63,791 nucleotides of DNA, filler included, from Kipferlia bialata (GCA_003568945.1; 7 parts of 7 records of this genome joined end to end with filler, not necessarily neighbours in it); one strand, 5' to 3'; shown: positions 1-13,698, numbered from the whole stretch's first letter. Program-made: numbers and translations. Notes: generated by a model from the sequence alone, not told the origin.

Positions 1-54
<54 letters not shown>

Positions 55-62
55 GACCCTAG

Positions 63-2663
63 GCTCAACACCAATGTGACTGTGTCCTCCCTAGTGCTGG
101 CAGACGGGTCCATCCAGATACTGCAGGAGCATTTGAGGTATATATATATAGATATAGTATATATATGTATATATGTATATATATATTATCACATATGTAT
201 GTATATAATGATAGTGTAAATATGGTAAGGTACTGGCAGATGGGTCCATCCAGATACTGCAGGATCACCTGAGGTACTTGAATGTGGATATATATATATA
301 TATACATATATATTATTATTATGTATATTTGTATAAAATGACAGTGTGTATATGGTATGGTACTGGCAGATGGGTCCATCCAGATACTGAAGGAGCATCT
401 GAGGTATTCATATGTATAGTACAGTATTATATATATTAATATAGGATATAATTATATTTTGGATATATATATACCCTCACTCACCCAGGTCCACCAAGAC
501 CGATGTCCTCATTCTGAGCAGGGCATTGTATATATGTATATATATATATATATATATATACAGTAATATATAATGACTTAGACATTAATACATAAATATA
601 CATATGACTATATTTGTATGTATGTGTTCCCACCCCAGGTCCACCAAGACCGATGTCCTTATTCTCAGTAGGGCACTGGAGTACCACACATCCACACCAA
701 CGCCATCGTACGTGACTTGCTGAACAGTATCCATGTACTTCTGTGTGATACATACTTTCGACAACATCATACCCAACGCCATCGTACGTGACTATAGGGA
801 CAACTTAGGAATATGAATAGTATACTTCAGTGATAATACTCTATATACTCCAAATCTGAGACCGAGTCCTCAGTATCTATACAATATCTATATATCTATA
901 TATTCTATATATACTATATAATACAACACTATCTGACACATAGCCCCAATGAGGCCGAGTCCTCCAACCGGTGTGTCAGTGCATGTGCCCAGGCAGCAGA
1001 GGCCGCAGGGGCAGTGTTTGTGTGGGCTGATATAGCCGGTAAGTGTCTATGCATACACTATGTATATATATATATATGTATATATATAAGTATGTGTGTA
1101 TGAGTGTGTATCTCTCCAATGGTGTATGGGCTGACATCGCCGGTGGGTGTATACTATATATATTTGTATATATTCATATATATACTTACATATGTTTAAC
1201 ACATACATACCTAACACCAGGTATGTTTGGGGCCATGTTCCTCAATGCTAGCTCATGGCATATAAATGTATATATATTATGAATCTATATACACTTATAC
1301 ATAGTAATATTATACTATATGTTTATATATATATATACTAATATATGTACCTGATTCCAGGTATGTTTGGGGCCATGTTCCTCAATGCTATATATNNNNN
1401 NNNNNNNNNNNNNNNNNNNNNNNNNNNNNNNNNNNNNNNNNNNNNNNNNNNNNNNNNNNNNNNNNNNNNNNNNNNNNNNNNNNNNNNNNNNNNNNATGTA
1501 TATATATACATATACTATACCCACCCCCAGGTCCAGGAAGTGCAGTGGTCTTGGCAGGCCTCTCAGTGAGGCACTCACTAAGGTATGCTTTACTAGTTAC
1601 ATTATAATACATTATACAATATAATATATTATAAATATTACACGTAATGAGTGTCAGACCTCTCAGTGAGGCACTCACAAAGGTAGTTATAGGCTCTTTA
1701 ATGAGTGTAATTCACATAATATGTGGTATTTACAGAGATAATTGAAACATTGTGATGAGTGTTACCATTATTGATTCATCATCACTGACTATAATTGATT
1801 CATAATCATCAATCAATTGATTTATCATCACTGATTGTCAGGGCAGGGACGGCCTCTGGACCAAGCTGGCTGGGGTCACATTCCCCCCTGTCGCATCTGT
1901 GGTGGGAGGTAAGGGTATATATATGCAATTATATACCCATATATATATATGTATATATATAATTGTATACATGTCCTTGTAGGAAGTGTAGACTCAATTT
2001 ACTAATACATTTCGTATATCCATGCGGTAACCCCCTCTTGCATCTGTGGTGGGAGGTATATGCACTATATAGTGTAATAAACACACATATAGTATATATA
2101 TATAGATGTGTATCTTGAGGTATTATATCTGTGGTGGTATGTATACTATGTGTTCCACATAAGCAAGTGGTGAATCATTATATATATATGTATATATACA
2201 TTACACTGACGCTGACACTGCAGGTCTAGTGTCAGTAACTATAATATTAGCTAATTTATATATATACATACACTGAGACTCCCTATATATACATTTTCAT
2301 ACACTGACACTGACACTCCAGGTCTAGGCAGCAGAGAGGTCACAACCATCGTCACAGGGGTCGGACAGGTATTCATGTGTATGTATATATAGTAGTAATG
2401 AACAGTGAGATATATATATTATACAATACCATGTGCGTATATATAAATAAGTCACAACCATCGTCACAGGGGTCGGACAGGTATGCATATGAGTGGTAAT
2501 ATATTTGTGCGGCTATATTAGCATATAACCAATCTCCCTAAGATTGATACTATTGTACATTTGAATATATACATAAATGTGTATAGTCTTACCCCAGATT
2601 GCTGGCAACTTTATGTTCTCAGACATGACACAGAATGCAGTGTACATTGAGAAGCACGAGTGA
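63..2663 (+). CDS. SAE1: SUMO-activating enzyme subunit 1 (SAE1/Aos1)-like E1/ThiF-family protein, multi-exon, 5'-partial, internal N gap
   Basis: Stitched exons read LNTNVTVSSLVLADGSIQILQEHLR/STKTDVLILSRALEYHTSTPTPS/...GAVFVWADIAG/MFGAMFLNA.../GRDGLWTKLAGVTFPPVASVVG/GLGSREVTTIVTGVGQ/IAGNFMFSDMTQNAVYIEKHE*. The C-terminus parallels SAE1 (APVCAVVGGILAQE...NNFFFFDG). Stop TGA at 2661-2663. Confidence 0.75.
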
Positions 2664-3140
2664 CAAGTGTGACATATCTGACATACACAATCGAGTGACA
2701 TATGGTCATGTATGTATGATTCAATAGATTCTCTGAACTGGACCGAATCAATCCCTGTGCTTCGAATATACAAAGGACAGTAATAGGAAGAGAGCGTCAA
2801 TGAGCCTGTCAATACGTCTTGGGGCCCAAGTCTAGCGTATTCTAATAGATATGTATAGATAGATTCTGTATCCCATATATCACTGCAGTGCCTCAGAGAC
2901 TCTATGGCCTCATCTCCTCTCTAGTGCACTGTTAAGTGGCACTTCATAACACTTTATACCAACATGTCGCCGTCTACACCCTTTGTCATGACAAGAAACC
3001 GGATTTTCCGAGAACCCTTCAATTGCCAAACACCCTCACACCCGAATCATTCTCCATACACAACAGACCCGTCCTCTTCACTATTCTGAGAGCTATTCAG
3101 ACATAAAGGAGCGTCGACCCAACAGTCTGTTGGTGTCGAT

Positions 3141-4419
3141 ATGGATGTGTCCTCCCCGAGAACTGTGTCTCTTTTGTCACAAAAGAGTCTTTTGTGCTAT
3201 GAGGGAGACTCCGACCCTGAGTGTGACATGGAGCAGGTATACTGCTATACTACTATGAATGTATATATATATATGTATTCATATATACTACGGTAGACTC
3301 TAAGTGTGACTTGGTAAGGGTATACTACTATATTGTATATATATCCAATGAATATTATCCATAGAGTATAACTATCTACAAGTGTAGATATACTATGGTA
3401 GTGTCTGAGTCTCACTTGTGTAGTATTGAAATAGTATAGACAATACAGTATTGTGTGTATATAGTATATATACTATGCATGGTATATATGGTATATACAT
3501 TGTTACTAACACTGTTAGTAACAATTTGTTAGAAATTGTATATATATAACTGTATATAGTGTATATAGTGTATATATAGTATATACATCGTTAGTACTCA
3601 GTTCCAGGCCCTGGGCGATGAGGAGGTCTGGGTGCTATTCGTGGCTTGGTTGTGTAAGGGGTGAGTCTCTCTTACCAAACTTGGCTGGTCATATGTGTCT
3701 CTTTCTCTCTTCTCTTCGGTCCCATACTTCTCTCACCTTAGGATGATGGCCACGACAGAGAACCCGATTACTGATGAGGTTCTGTATGACAAGTATGACT
3801 CTGTGTTGCGTCAGTACTTGTTGGGCTGGATCAGGCGAGGGAACAGAGTGTATGGTGAGATTGAGAGCCGGGGGGTAAGGTATGATATACTATATGTATA
3901 TATATTAGGTATGATATATACTATATGCATATATACACTTGGCATGATATGGTCACTGACGCATTATGTTTGGGTGCATATGTATTCGAACATTTCTCGA
4001 CGAGAAGTTCTCGTGTATGTCTCAACTCAGGTCATTTCGCGAGAAGTATGAGAAGCAGATTCTTGCCAAGGGATACATCACCAAGGTAGGGATATATATA
4101 TATATAGGTATATGTATAGACACAGAGAGAGAGAGAGATACATCACCAAGGTAGGGTCACTTTCATAACCATGTGACTATCATACCCATGTAATTATCAT
4201 ACCAATGTGATTATGTGTTCATGTTTCCGTTATCCTCATACCCAGGAAGAGTTAGCGGATTACAATTTCTTGGTCTCCCTGTTTGGGCATCACCTCTCGT
4301 TCGACACACCCTGGAAGCAGGACTTAGCTCACTATCGTCAGTTTGTGCCCCTCAGGCCTCTTCTCAGGGAGACCCTGGATGATATGATTGCATGCGGGTT
4401 GGATGACTGGGGGAGGTGA
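3141..4419 (+). CDS. Hypothetical protein, about 5 exons
   Basis: GT-AG-bounded exons: MDVSSPRTVSLLSQKSLLCYEGDSDPECDMEQ/FQALGDEEVWVLFVAWLCKG/MMATTENPITDEVLYDKYDSVLRQYLLGW.../SFREKYEKQILAKGYITK/EELADYNFLVSLFG...DDWGR*. No family recognised. Confidence 0.55.
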
Positions 4420-5232
4420 AATAGATATTACAAGACCATATGTATATGAATATATGTTTGTAATAAGACAGAATGTATACATATATATACATACATTGTA
4501 TATCATGTTACATGATAATCATGAATGCTGTATCCATAATTGATGATTGGATGAGTGGGGCAGGTGAAATTGACGGTATAGATGGTGATGTGTGAGTGTT
4601 GCCCTTACAAATATTTATCAGACGTATAATTGTGGTGTCACCATATCCCTCACCTACTAGCAAGGTTGGATGGGGGCACAGTATGCAGTGTTCCAAGACC
4701 ATATGTAGAGTTAAAAGAGAAGCTTGACATAACTCGGAGGGCGTCTGGGGTTAGATATAGAGGGGGGGGGCGAGACAGAGACTTGTAGATAGGAAGGGGG
4801 GTACTTGTGTCTTCAATTCCCTCTAAGTGGATGTCAAGAGGGAAGGGAGAGAGGGGGTGGAGGAGAGAGAGAGACATAGGGCTACCTGCTTCCAGACACC
4901 GTGTGGATAGAGAGAGTGTGAAGGAGAGGGCTGGGGGAAGAGTGCATATACACAAAGAGAAAGGACAGAAACTGCAAAACAATTCGGATTGTCAGATCGA
5001 ACCACACGAGTCATTGACCATGTAGACCCTCTAGTCTCTCTTTGCGACACCCTTAGACAGATTAGACAGATGCGCCTCCGTATCTGCCTGGGCCTAGCGC
5101 TCGTCTGGCTCTGTGTTGAGAGTGCGTGTACTACGTCGGTGGACGCACCATCATTCACCTGTCCCACCAGACTACCAAGGTATCAAGGCACAGCTATCTT
5201 ATATAGTGTATCCCTCGGGGGGGGGGGGAGGA

Positions 5233-5276
<44 letters not shown>

Positions 5277-6240
5277 GAGAGAGAGAGACGTGGGGAGCAA
5301 AGGAGTAAAGAAGGTTATGTATACATCATGTGTGCACTCTTGGTCTATAATGCCCCACCCTAACTGGGTGAGATCTGAGTGTTCCAACTTGGTCGGTACC
5401 ATCCATATCGTATCATATATATCCCCATCATATTGACACACCACATCGGATACATCTTCTCTCTCACTACCCGGCTATATACTGCATCGTTATAGTCCTA
5501 ACCCATACGCCATGACCATTAATCGAGAATACCCTCTACATGGGTATTGACAGAGGAATCATGCCCTCCACCCCATATGGGAGTTTCTTACCACTTCATA
5601 CTGATACTGATACCTGCTAATGAACAGCAGGTTGGGAAGGTACAGCGTATACCACTCTCCTAACATGCAGCAAGTCGGGAAGAGTCACTCTTCAAGAGTT
5701 GAGGCATGTGCTGAGCACAATGCACATCCTGCTACACCCTTTCGTGTTTTTGAATATGACTCATTGTCACAATATGATATTGTGAGGCCATTTGCTGTGA
5801 TAGTATTTCTATGATACCATTTGGCATCACCAAATTCTCTCTAGAAGTTGAATCACGACAGTGGAAGGACTAGAGATTCACAAGTTGTATAGGTCTTTCC
5901 TTGAAACGAATCGAGCACGGTTAGAGAAAACAGTGTAGTGTTTGCAAACACTAGTATAAACCCAATATGCATATAGTACGAAACCCAGCGTTCTCTGTGA
6001 CTTGGTACAAGTGTGATACACCGTGTATGTGGAGACAGCAGACCCCTCAGTCTCCAAGAGACTCTTAAGTATTGTTATGTTGAATTCAGTATATAATTGA
6101 ATTCACAATTAATAATCTAACAGTAGAGAGTACAGCGTCTCTGAATTTTGCAATAATAATACAGGCCAAAGACCTTTCTGGTGGCTTATGATATCCTTTG
6201 TTATACTACACTCTGGGATGACAACCCACTCTGATACCCT

Positions 6241-9200
6241 TCACAGATACGCTCCAGATATTGAATAGAGAGGCTCTCCAAGGGTCTTTCGAGAGTTCTT
6301 CCTAGTCAGACAGCACTCTTGGGTGACCTCACTGCATCTGGGCAGAACAGAGTGCAGCGCAGTCCCTAGCATAAGATAGCATAGTAATATTACGTATATA
6401 CATATACTATACAGTATAATAGATAAAGTAGTATATATATAGTAATATATATAAGATACATTGGGGTGTACACAAATGTATAGTGAAAGAGAGAGAAAGA
6501 GAAGTACTTGCACTACTGTAGCAACAAAGCGCACCCCCACTAGAGTGAAATCAGCTGGAGTATATACCGAGTAGAACGGCATAATATATTGGGATTTTTA
6601 TAGTAGAGAGAAGTACCTGAAAAATAGTGGCGACTAGACATACACCGACTACGGTGAAGTCGGCGGCGGCAATTGTAAAGGATACCCATCTGGATATGGT
6701 GTTGGTGCCATACTCTCTCTGGGTGTAAGGTACTACATACATATATATGTGTATATGTGTATAAGTATATACATATATATACATATATATATATCTGTAT
6801 GTGTGTATAGGCCAGGACATAGGGTGTATTTATGTATAGGAATATAGCATATCAAACGATGAAACGATGAAACTGCGGCTCCGGATAAGTGCTTCTACTT
6901 TGCTGCTTGATATAGTATGCAACGTGCAACCCACGTCACTGCAGTGGCGGCAGATGGGAACGAAAGTATACAGAGAAATTAGTATATACTTGTGACATAT
7001 AGTATGTATGTGTCCACATAGATACCTTGATGTAGTATGCAACGTCGAACGACGTCACTGCAGTGGCAGCGGAGGGGAAGGTGATGGCCCACCATGACAG
7101 CTGGAACTCAGTCCTATCATAAGGTGGATAGAGAGAGAGAAGTAGAAATGATATTGTCTTGAGCGGTAAAGAGAGAGCGGGGGAATTTGAGTGATGAGCC
7201 ACCAGACAGGGGGGAGAGAGAAGAATGATAGAGACAAGGGAGGGGAGACCTTGTGTCACAGTTAGATTCTATTGGGGCGTAGTGAGAGAGAGAGAGAGAG
7301 AGAGAGTACCTCATCCATGGAATAGCTCTTATGACTAGGAACACCATGGCCAGACACCAGAAGTACAGGCAGGAGTATGCAAACAACCTGGTGGTGAGGT
7401 CTGGTCACAATATACGTTCTCTGCGTCGTATACCAATATAGACAGATACTGGTACATAGTATTACAGATGCGAGGCACCAGAAGTACAGGCAGGAGTATG
7501 CAAATAGCCTGATGGTTAGGGGTCAAGTATCACGAACCTCTGTTTTCTTCTTTATTCAGAATCGATGTCTGCCTCATGTGAAAGAATATTAGGCTATTAC
7601 GTCCCACCGAAGAGGGCAGAGTAGAAGATGCATTTATACATATCTACCTTTGTAAACTAGACCACTGGTATATATACAAATATACGTATATATATAGTTC
7701 AATGTACCTCGATACCACGTCCCATTCCCCCCCTGTGAGGGCAGAGTATGAGATGAAGGCAAGGCCTCCTGGGGCAGCCTGGCGATATGAATATTCAGTG
7801 AATACACTTTGTGAGACAGAGTTCCTACCACATGTCACTTACCAGTATAAATATAGATGGTGTCAGTGCCGGTGCGAGGCTGTGTCCACTGACCATGGAC
7901 ATGAGGCACATGGAGAAGACACCAATATAGAGGATAACACCTATGGTTTAAGAGAGAGAGAGAGAGAGAGAGGTTGACTATGGAGAAGACAATTGAGCAC
8001 AACGCCTATATGATAAGCCAGGTATAGATACGAAGAGTGATTTCACATATGGGGACGGTAACGCCTTCCCAAACGTCTCTGTCACTACACGATACAGTGT
8101 ACCTGCCCCCCAGAACAGCCACCCCAGCTCTGTCCTGTCACATGTGCCCATGCATATGGCCATGAAGAGATTGGCAACGGGGGGGATCTGGGGTAAGATA
8201 CAGTGAAGTATACATATATATATATAGATGAAATAGTGATATTCTAACAACGTATTTGTATTGCGTATATAACATATGGCCATGAAGAGATTGGCCACAG
8301 GGGGGATCTGGTATCAATCCATACGACACTATTGCAGAACTGCCCTATAGACTGTATAGATGATTCTATACGTGTGTTCTACAAGATTTGTTGGGTTGAT
8401 ACTGTCTTTGGGCACTGTTCTCTATATATATTACGAGATGTGACTATAAGTAGATCTAATATTCGCTATTGTGCATGGGATGTCTTACCAGGTTTGTGGG
8501 ATTGATGCTCTCTTTGAGCACTGGCCTCTCTGACAACCACTCCATGAATATGGTGAATTACTACTGTATAGTGTGAAAAGATGATTCTTTATCTATTACT
8601 TACCAAGTTCGTGGGATTGATAGAATCCTTGGGCACTGGTCTCTCTGACAACCACTCTATGAATATGGTGAAGGAGACACCGATATGTGAGCCGGAAGCA
8701 ATATAGCACAGAGCTAATCCTACTGGTAAGATAGCTTGAGAGAGAGAGAGATAGCATTGGTGTAGGAGAGAGCTATATGGGACCCGGAAGCAGTATAGCA
8801 CAAAGTTAACCTTGCAAGTAAGATAGAGAGATACAATAAAGAACACAATGGTATAGATAGATGTGACCATGCACAACATCATGCGGTGGGAGTCGTTTTA
8901 GTGAGAACGACAGAGGGAAAGAGAGAGATCGACAACCAGGGGGATCAGTAAGGAGGAAAGAGAATATCTTCTTCCAGCGGTTGTGTTTCAACCTATGCAC
9001 CCACCCACCTGTGTAGTACCAGGTGTTATGCACCCCTGTGCTGGTATAGACACCCTTCCATAGGTCAGCTACCCCTAGGTATGAGAGAGAGAGAGGCAGA
9101 GGCTAGATAGAGATATAGCACATATGTAGAATTCATATACACTCAGTAAGGCGGAAGCAGAAAGGAGAGGTCCTGAGACGGAGGCTATCGGAGCTAAGTG

Positions 9201-10332
9201 AGTCTTAGAGAGGGAGAGGGGGAGAGAGAATTTGAAACAGATGGGTAAATCCACACCTAGACAAATGATAGCCAGACATATCCCAATGGCAGGGAAGAAG
9301 TTGCGCTTTACTGGGTGCTGATGGTAAGAGCGTAGTGACGAAGAAATTACGTGTGTGTCGAGAGAGAGAGAGTTTAGAGAGGGTAAGACCACAGTGGCAT
9401 TCCCAACTATAATACGTGTTTGTGTCGAGAGAGAGAGAGTAACTGGATTGCGGAAGGAGAGTGAAGTGAGAATTGCGAAAGAAATGGAGAGGAAGGGGGA
9501 GGGAATTACATACCTTGAACTCCATCAATGCCAATATATATTGAGGCTATAGAGAGAGAGAACAGAGAACATACCTTGAACTCATCCGAATACAGCACAC
9601 TGGAGGGGTCCTAAGGGTGTAGAGAGAGAGAGACAGAGAATATAGAGACAGAGAGAGAGAGAGAGACCATACCTTGAACTCTTCCACCACACTGGAGGGG
9701 TACTTGATAACCCTGAGGGTAAGAGAATAGACATATATAGGGAAAGAGAACTATATGAGAAGCTAAACAGGGAGCGATAGAATGAGATAACAGTGATATA
9801 GATATTGGTGCTGATACTATATGTAGGAAACACACCTTGCTATAAACATGACTAGGAACCCAGTGAAGACTGCAGTGCCCAGTGCTAGATAGAGTGATGC
9901 CACAATTGAGGGCAAAGCATAGTCTCTCTGGAATAAGGGGCCAGGGAGAGAGAGAGAGAGAGAGGGGGGACGAAAGAAGATGTTGCATGTACCCGGATAT
10001 ATATGCAATAGTAGTATATACCTGTATGCGTCTGAGCACCAGTGTAGGGGAGAGGAGGCCCATGAAACCTGACAGTAAGGGTGTAGCTTAAGAGAGAGAG
10101 AGAGACAGGAGGCCCATGAAACCTAGGGGTGAGGGTGTAGGCAGAAAAGAGAGAGAGAGAGAGAGAGAGAGACTGAACCGGGAAGACCTGAGAATCAGGC
10201 ACATAGGAGAGAGGGGAGAATTGTCGAGAGAGATATAGTTACAGGAGAGAGAGAGACAGAGACTGACCTGGGAAGAATGCGATGCTGACATGCTCCAGCC
10301 AAGTGGTGGAGGCATGAGGCACTGGGGAGTAA

Positions 10333-10384
<52 letters not shown>

Positions 10385-10967
10385 GAGAGCATCAGGCACT
10401 GGAGAAAGGGGAGGGGGTAGCGGCAAGGGGGTAAACACTATGCTGAGAGAGAGTCTCTGTGTAATATGGGAGGAAAGGGAAGAGAGTTCACATACCTATA
10501 TCCACTGAAGTGTCCGGTGTCTTGCCTAGGCGTCTCTCATTACCTGGGGGGTGAGAGAGAGAAGAAGGAGAGATTACGGAGAGGGGGGGATATTGAAAGA
10601 AACTCAGAGCAACTAATTAATAGAGGGGAGAGAGAGAGAGACGAATGGGGAGGGGGGGGGGGGTATGTCAGGAAGACAAGTATATACATACAGACCCAAA
10701 GTATTGTGCAAGAGAGAATGTGTATCTGCAGAGAGAGAGAGAGAGAGAGAGAGTACCTGTGTGCTCAATCTGGGTGCAGTCCCTATCCAGCACCACCTCT
10801 ACCTCCATCTCTTCCAGAGTGCCACACAGCTCTGGAGTAACAGCTACAGACACATCCCCCTCCCTCAGGACTCTATCATCCATATGGATACTCCACACTA
10901 CGTATGGACACTCACGAAGATAGGTGTCAAGCAAATTGACTAATTCCGAATCGAGAGTAAAGTACAT
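6241..10967 (-). CDS. SLAC1/TehA (TDT family) anion channel/transporter, many exons
   Basis: Stitched minus-strand exons contain VIKYPSSVVEEFK/HPVKRNFFPAIG (SLAC1 HPVRVNFF), WLSERPVPKDSINPTNL/IPPVANLFMAICMG..ELGWLFWGAG (TehA LPTVANNF), AAPGGLAFISYSALTGGEWDVVSR, and FQLSWWAITFPSAA (conserved WxxxFP gate motif). Confidence 0.85.
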
Positions 10968-11098
10968 AGATATACCCTTTTCTAGTTTTTGAGTGACCCC
11001 AACCCTTTTGCTGTTTTTGCCTCTTGTCTACACGCCAGCTCTCTTCAGCATGTCTTAGTCTACACTGTCTTTCTACCCCGCGTACTAGAGATACAGGC

Positions 11099-11507
11099 AT
11101 GAACAATGGTTCTCTCTTGAGTGTGTCACCCCGCACACTTGTCTTTGAGGAGAGGGAGGGGGGGCAGCACGTGCCACTGAGGTATGTGTATAAGAATGTA
11201 ACTTACACCAAGTATATTTGCACTCTATGTACAGAGGCTAGAATACAGGAGGTAGAGAGAGTTAACCAGCAGAATAGTAACGTATCTTAGTACAAAATAG
11301 TATTGGATAGAGGGAGAGGGAGAGGGAATAGGCAGCACGTGCCACTGAGGTACATCTCTCACACACACTTCACTGTCAATACATATGTGTAGACACAATA
11401 TATATTCACTGACTAGTTAGAACTGGTGTCATATGGTTGTTTCTCATCTCTCCTCTCCTAGAGACACAGTATTCACAGTGATACCTGACTCTCTCTGTTT
11501 CATAGAT
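11099..11507 (+). CDS. 5' fragment of a hypothetical spliced gene, truncated at scaffold end
   Basis: MNNGSLLSVSPRTLVFEEREGGQHVPLR|gtatg followed by an AG-bounded exon DTVFTVIPDSLCFID; divergent from the SLAC1-like gene. Confidence 0.35.
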
Positions 11508-11625
11508 CGTGTACCTCACTCGGTTCTCATCACACATCTTCACTGTGATATGAATACCTTAGCCAGCATAGTGCAAGGGTTACTACCGCCACTGACATTC
11601 ACTTTACCCTCTCTCACTCACAGAT

Positions 11626-11676
<51 letters not shown>

Positions 11677-11776
11677 NNNNNNNNNNNNNNNNNNNNNNNN
11701 NNNNNNNNNNNNNNNNNNNNTTAATTAATTAANNNNNNNNNNNNNNNNNNNNNNNNNNNNNNNNNNNNNNNNNNNN
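11677..11776. other. Artificial contig linker
   Basis: 44 N + TTAATTAATTAA (stops in all six frames) + 44 N. Confidence 0.97.
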
Positions 11777-12261
11777 GATATGGCCCCCTAATTTCCCCAC
11801 CCCCCCCCCCCCCCCCCCCGTCCCTCTCTCTCTCTCCCTGCCTTCCTCTCCTTGCCTTCCTCTACTTGCCTCTCACTATGTTGATGGGTTGATGAAGAAG
11901 TAATAGAAATATTCTAGTCACATCATATATCATAAACATCATGTGTCATATATCATTGGGTTGATGGAGAAGTCCTAATCCTACTCTAGGCATATCATCT
12001 AATTCGATATGTCTTATATCATGTTCAGAGCTATGTCATGTAGTGTGCACAGAGGTAGTGTAACTGGCCGCACTGTACCCCCCCCCCCCTTCCCCATTTC
12101 CTCACCTTGGGGCTCATGGCACCACGCCTCCTGTCTCTGTATAGATACTGATACTGATACTGGCTCATTAGAGGCAATGTCACCTCCACCCACTGCCTTC
12201 TGTCTTCTCTATACTCGCCCTATACATATCCTATACATATCCTATACTCACCCTAGGGCTC

Positions 12262-13698
12262 ATGTCCCCCCGTCCCCTGACTGTGTCTGACCTACTAAAT
12301 GCCACAGACTCATTCATGTGGCTGGAGAGGGTGACCGACTATTCGAAGGGGATGGACATCAACGACAGCAGTCACAACCTCACCCACATATCCCACAACA
12401 CAGTCCTCAACCTCTGTGACCTATGTATGTATGCAGTGGCATATGAGTCTGATGATGAGGGAGGAGAGGAGTATCCCACTCTGAGAAGAACCTCTGGTCC
12501 GATTCTTCCCCCTGTCCGTAACTGTATATACTACTGTATCAGGGTAGGGTCATGTCTCTACCTCAAGAGGGAGGATGCAACAGACTTGCATACTGATGCC
12601 ACAACAGACCCTTCGTCTTGGGACGTGTACCACATGCATACAGGTGACTTCACGAGATAACTACCCTTTCTTTCAAAGCCTATATTATTCATAGTGTATA
12701 GTGTGTCTCGCAGCAAGGCGAGTTTATATTTATATGTCGTGTGAGATTTATATGTCGTGTCTCACAACCAGGTGTCTTTACCCAGTGTAATCCCACCACT
12801 GGCCCCCCACGGTGTGAAGAGACATCTTATGGGAGTCTCTCACCATCACCAGCCAGTGACAAGATCCTGCACTACTCAGCAGATGGGCTGTGGCTCTTTG
12901 ACACTGAGAGTGAGACATGGCAGCGGGTGTCAGGGAGCCCACCAGATGACTCAGGTGGGTATGGTCTCTAGACGAGTGTGGCATGCACTCTCCATATCTC
13001 AGATATAGAAACACTGAGAGATATGGACCATCTCTCATCACTCCTGTTGGTCCTTTTGTTAGTCCTATGCTCAGCTGCGTCTCACACTAGGGCAACATCA
13101 CTTCTCTCTGACTACCAATACAGTTGGGGATAGCACTGTGTTTGTCGACTTTAGCGCATTTGATGATGAACGCCTTCGGGTGACATCTTTCAGTGAGACA
13201 CGTGGGTGGGAGACTCTTGTTCCTCTGAATGTACACCACTACTTCTGCACTGGGGTTAATGCGTCTCTTGGCAACAACCAGACTATCTGTGTGTCAGAGG
13301 GAGGGGTATCTGTCGTTGATCTGATCACCAATGAGATTAGGCAGCTGGTGGACGTGGACTTTGACTGCGTGGGTGTCCAGATAGGGCCAGGGCTCTGTCT
13401 GGTGCAGTGCAGGCCACCAGTGTACAGGTGTGTAATATATGGTACTAAATGTGGAGAATACTAAATGTTGATCAATACTAACACTGAGACGAGTCGCATA
13501 CATGTCCCCACTCATACCAGAACCGATGACAATGAGGCTGACGACGAGGGGCATGATGAGGAGTCTAGTGCTAGCATGGATACTGGGGGGCATGCAGACG
13601 AATGGGATGCGTGGTACCTGCTCCATCTGGACCTGTCTATGCTACAGCAGACAGGGGGGCAGCTCACAGCAGACATGTTACTGGGGGATCTGCACTGA
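12262..13698 (+). pseudogene. Divergent kelch-type beta-propeller gene, interrupted (pseudogene or unresolved introns)
   Basis: Consecutive ORF pieces with kelch-like blade ends (WDVYHMHTG, LWLFDTESETWQRV, SFSETRGWETL, VVDLITNE) broken by stops and frame changes. Confidence 0.5.

Noticed and set aside
65..1678. Many short YI/IY-, RE-, SL- and poly-G/P-rich ORFs here and throughout the window
   Set aside because: Products of intronic (TA)n, (GA)n/(CT)n and homopolymer tracts.
94..2484. Repeat-spacer look of the short direct repeats (CRISPR-like)
   Set aside because: The repeats differ from locus to locus, are copies of exon ends, have microsatellite spacers, and no cas genes are present; the context is eukaryotic.
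3498..3524. 12-bp perfect hairpin (attgttactaac-act-gttagtaacaat)
   Set aside because: Single AT-rich intronic palindrome with no second copy or target-site duplication; not evidence of a MITE or terminator.
5070..5179. Signal-peptide-like exon MRLRICLGLALVWLCVESA...
   Set aside because: No downstream exons could be linked past the poly-G tract; insufficient support for a gene call.
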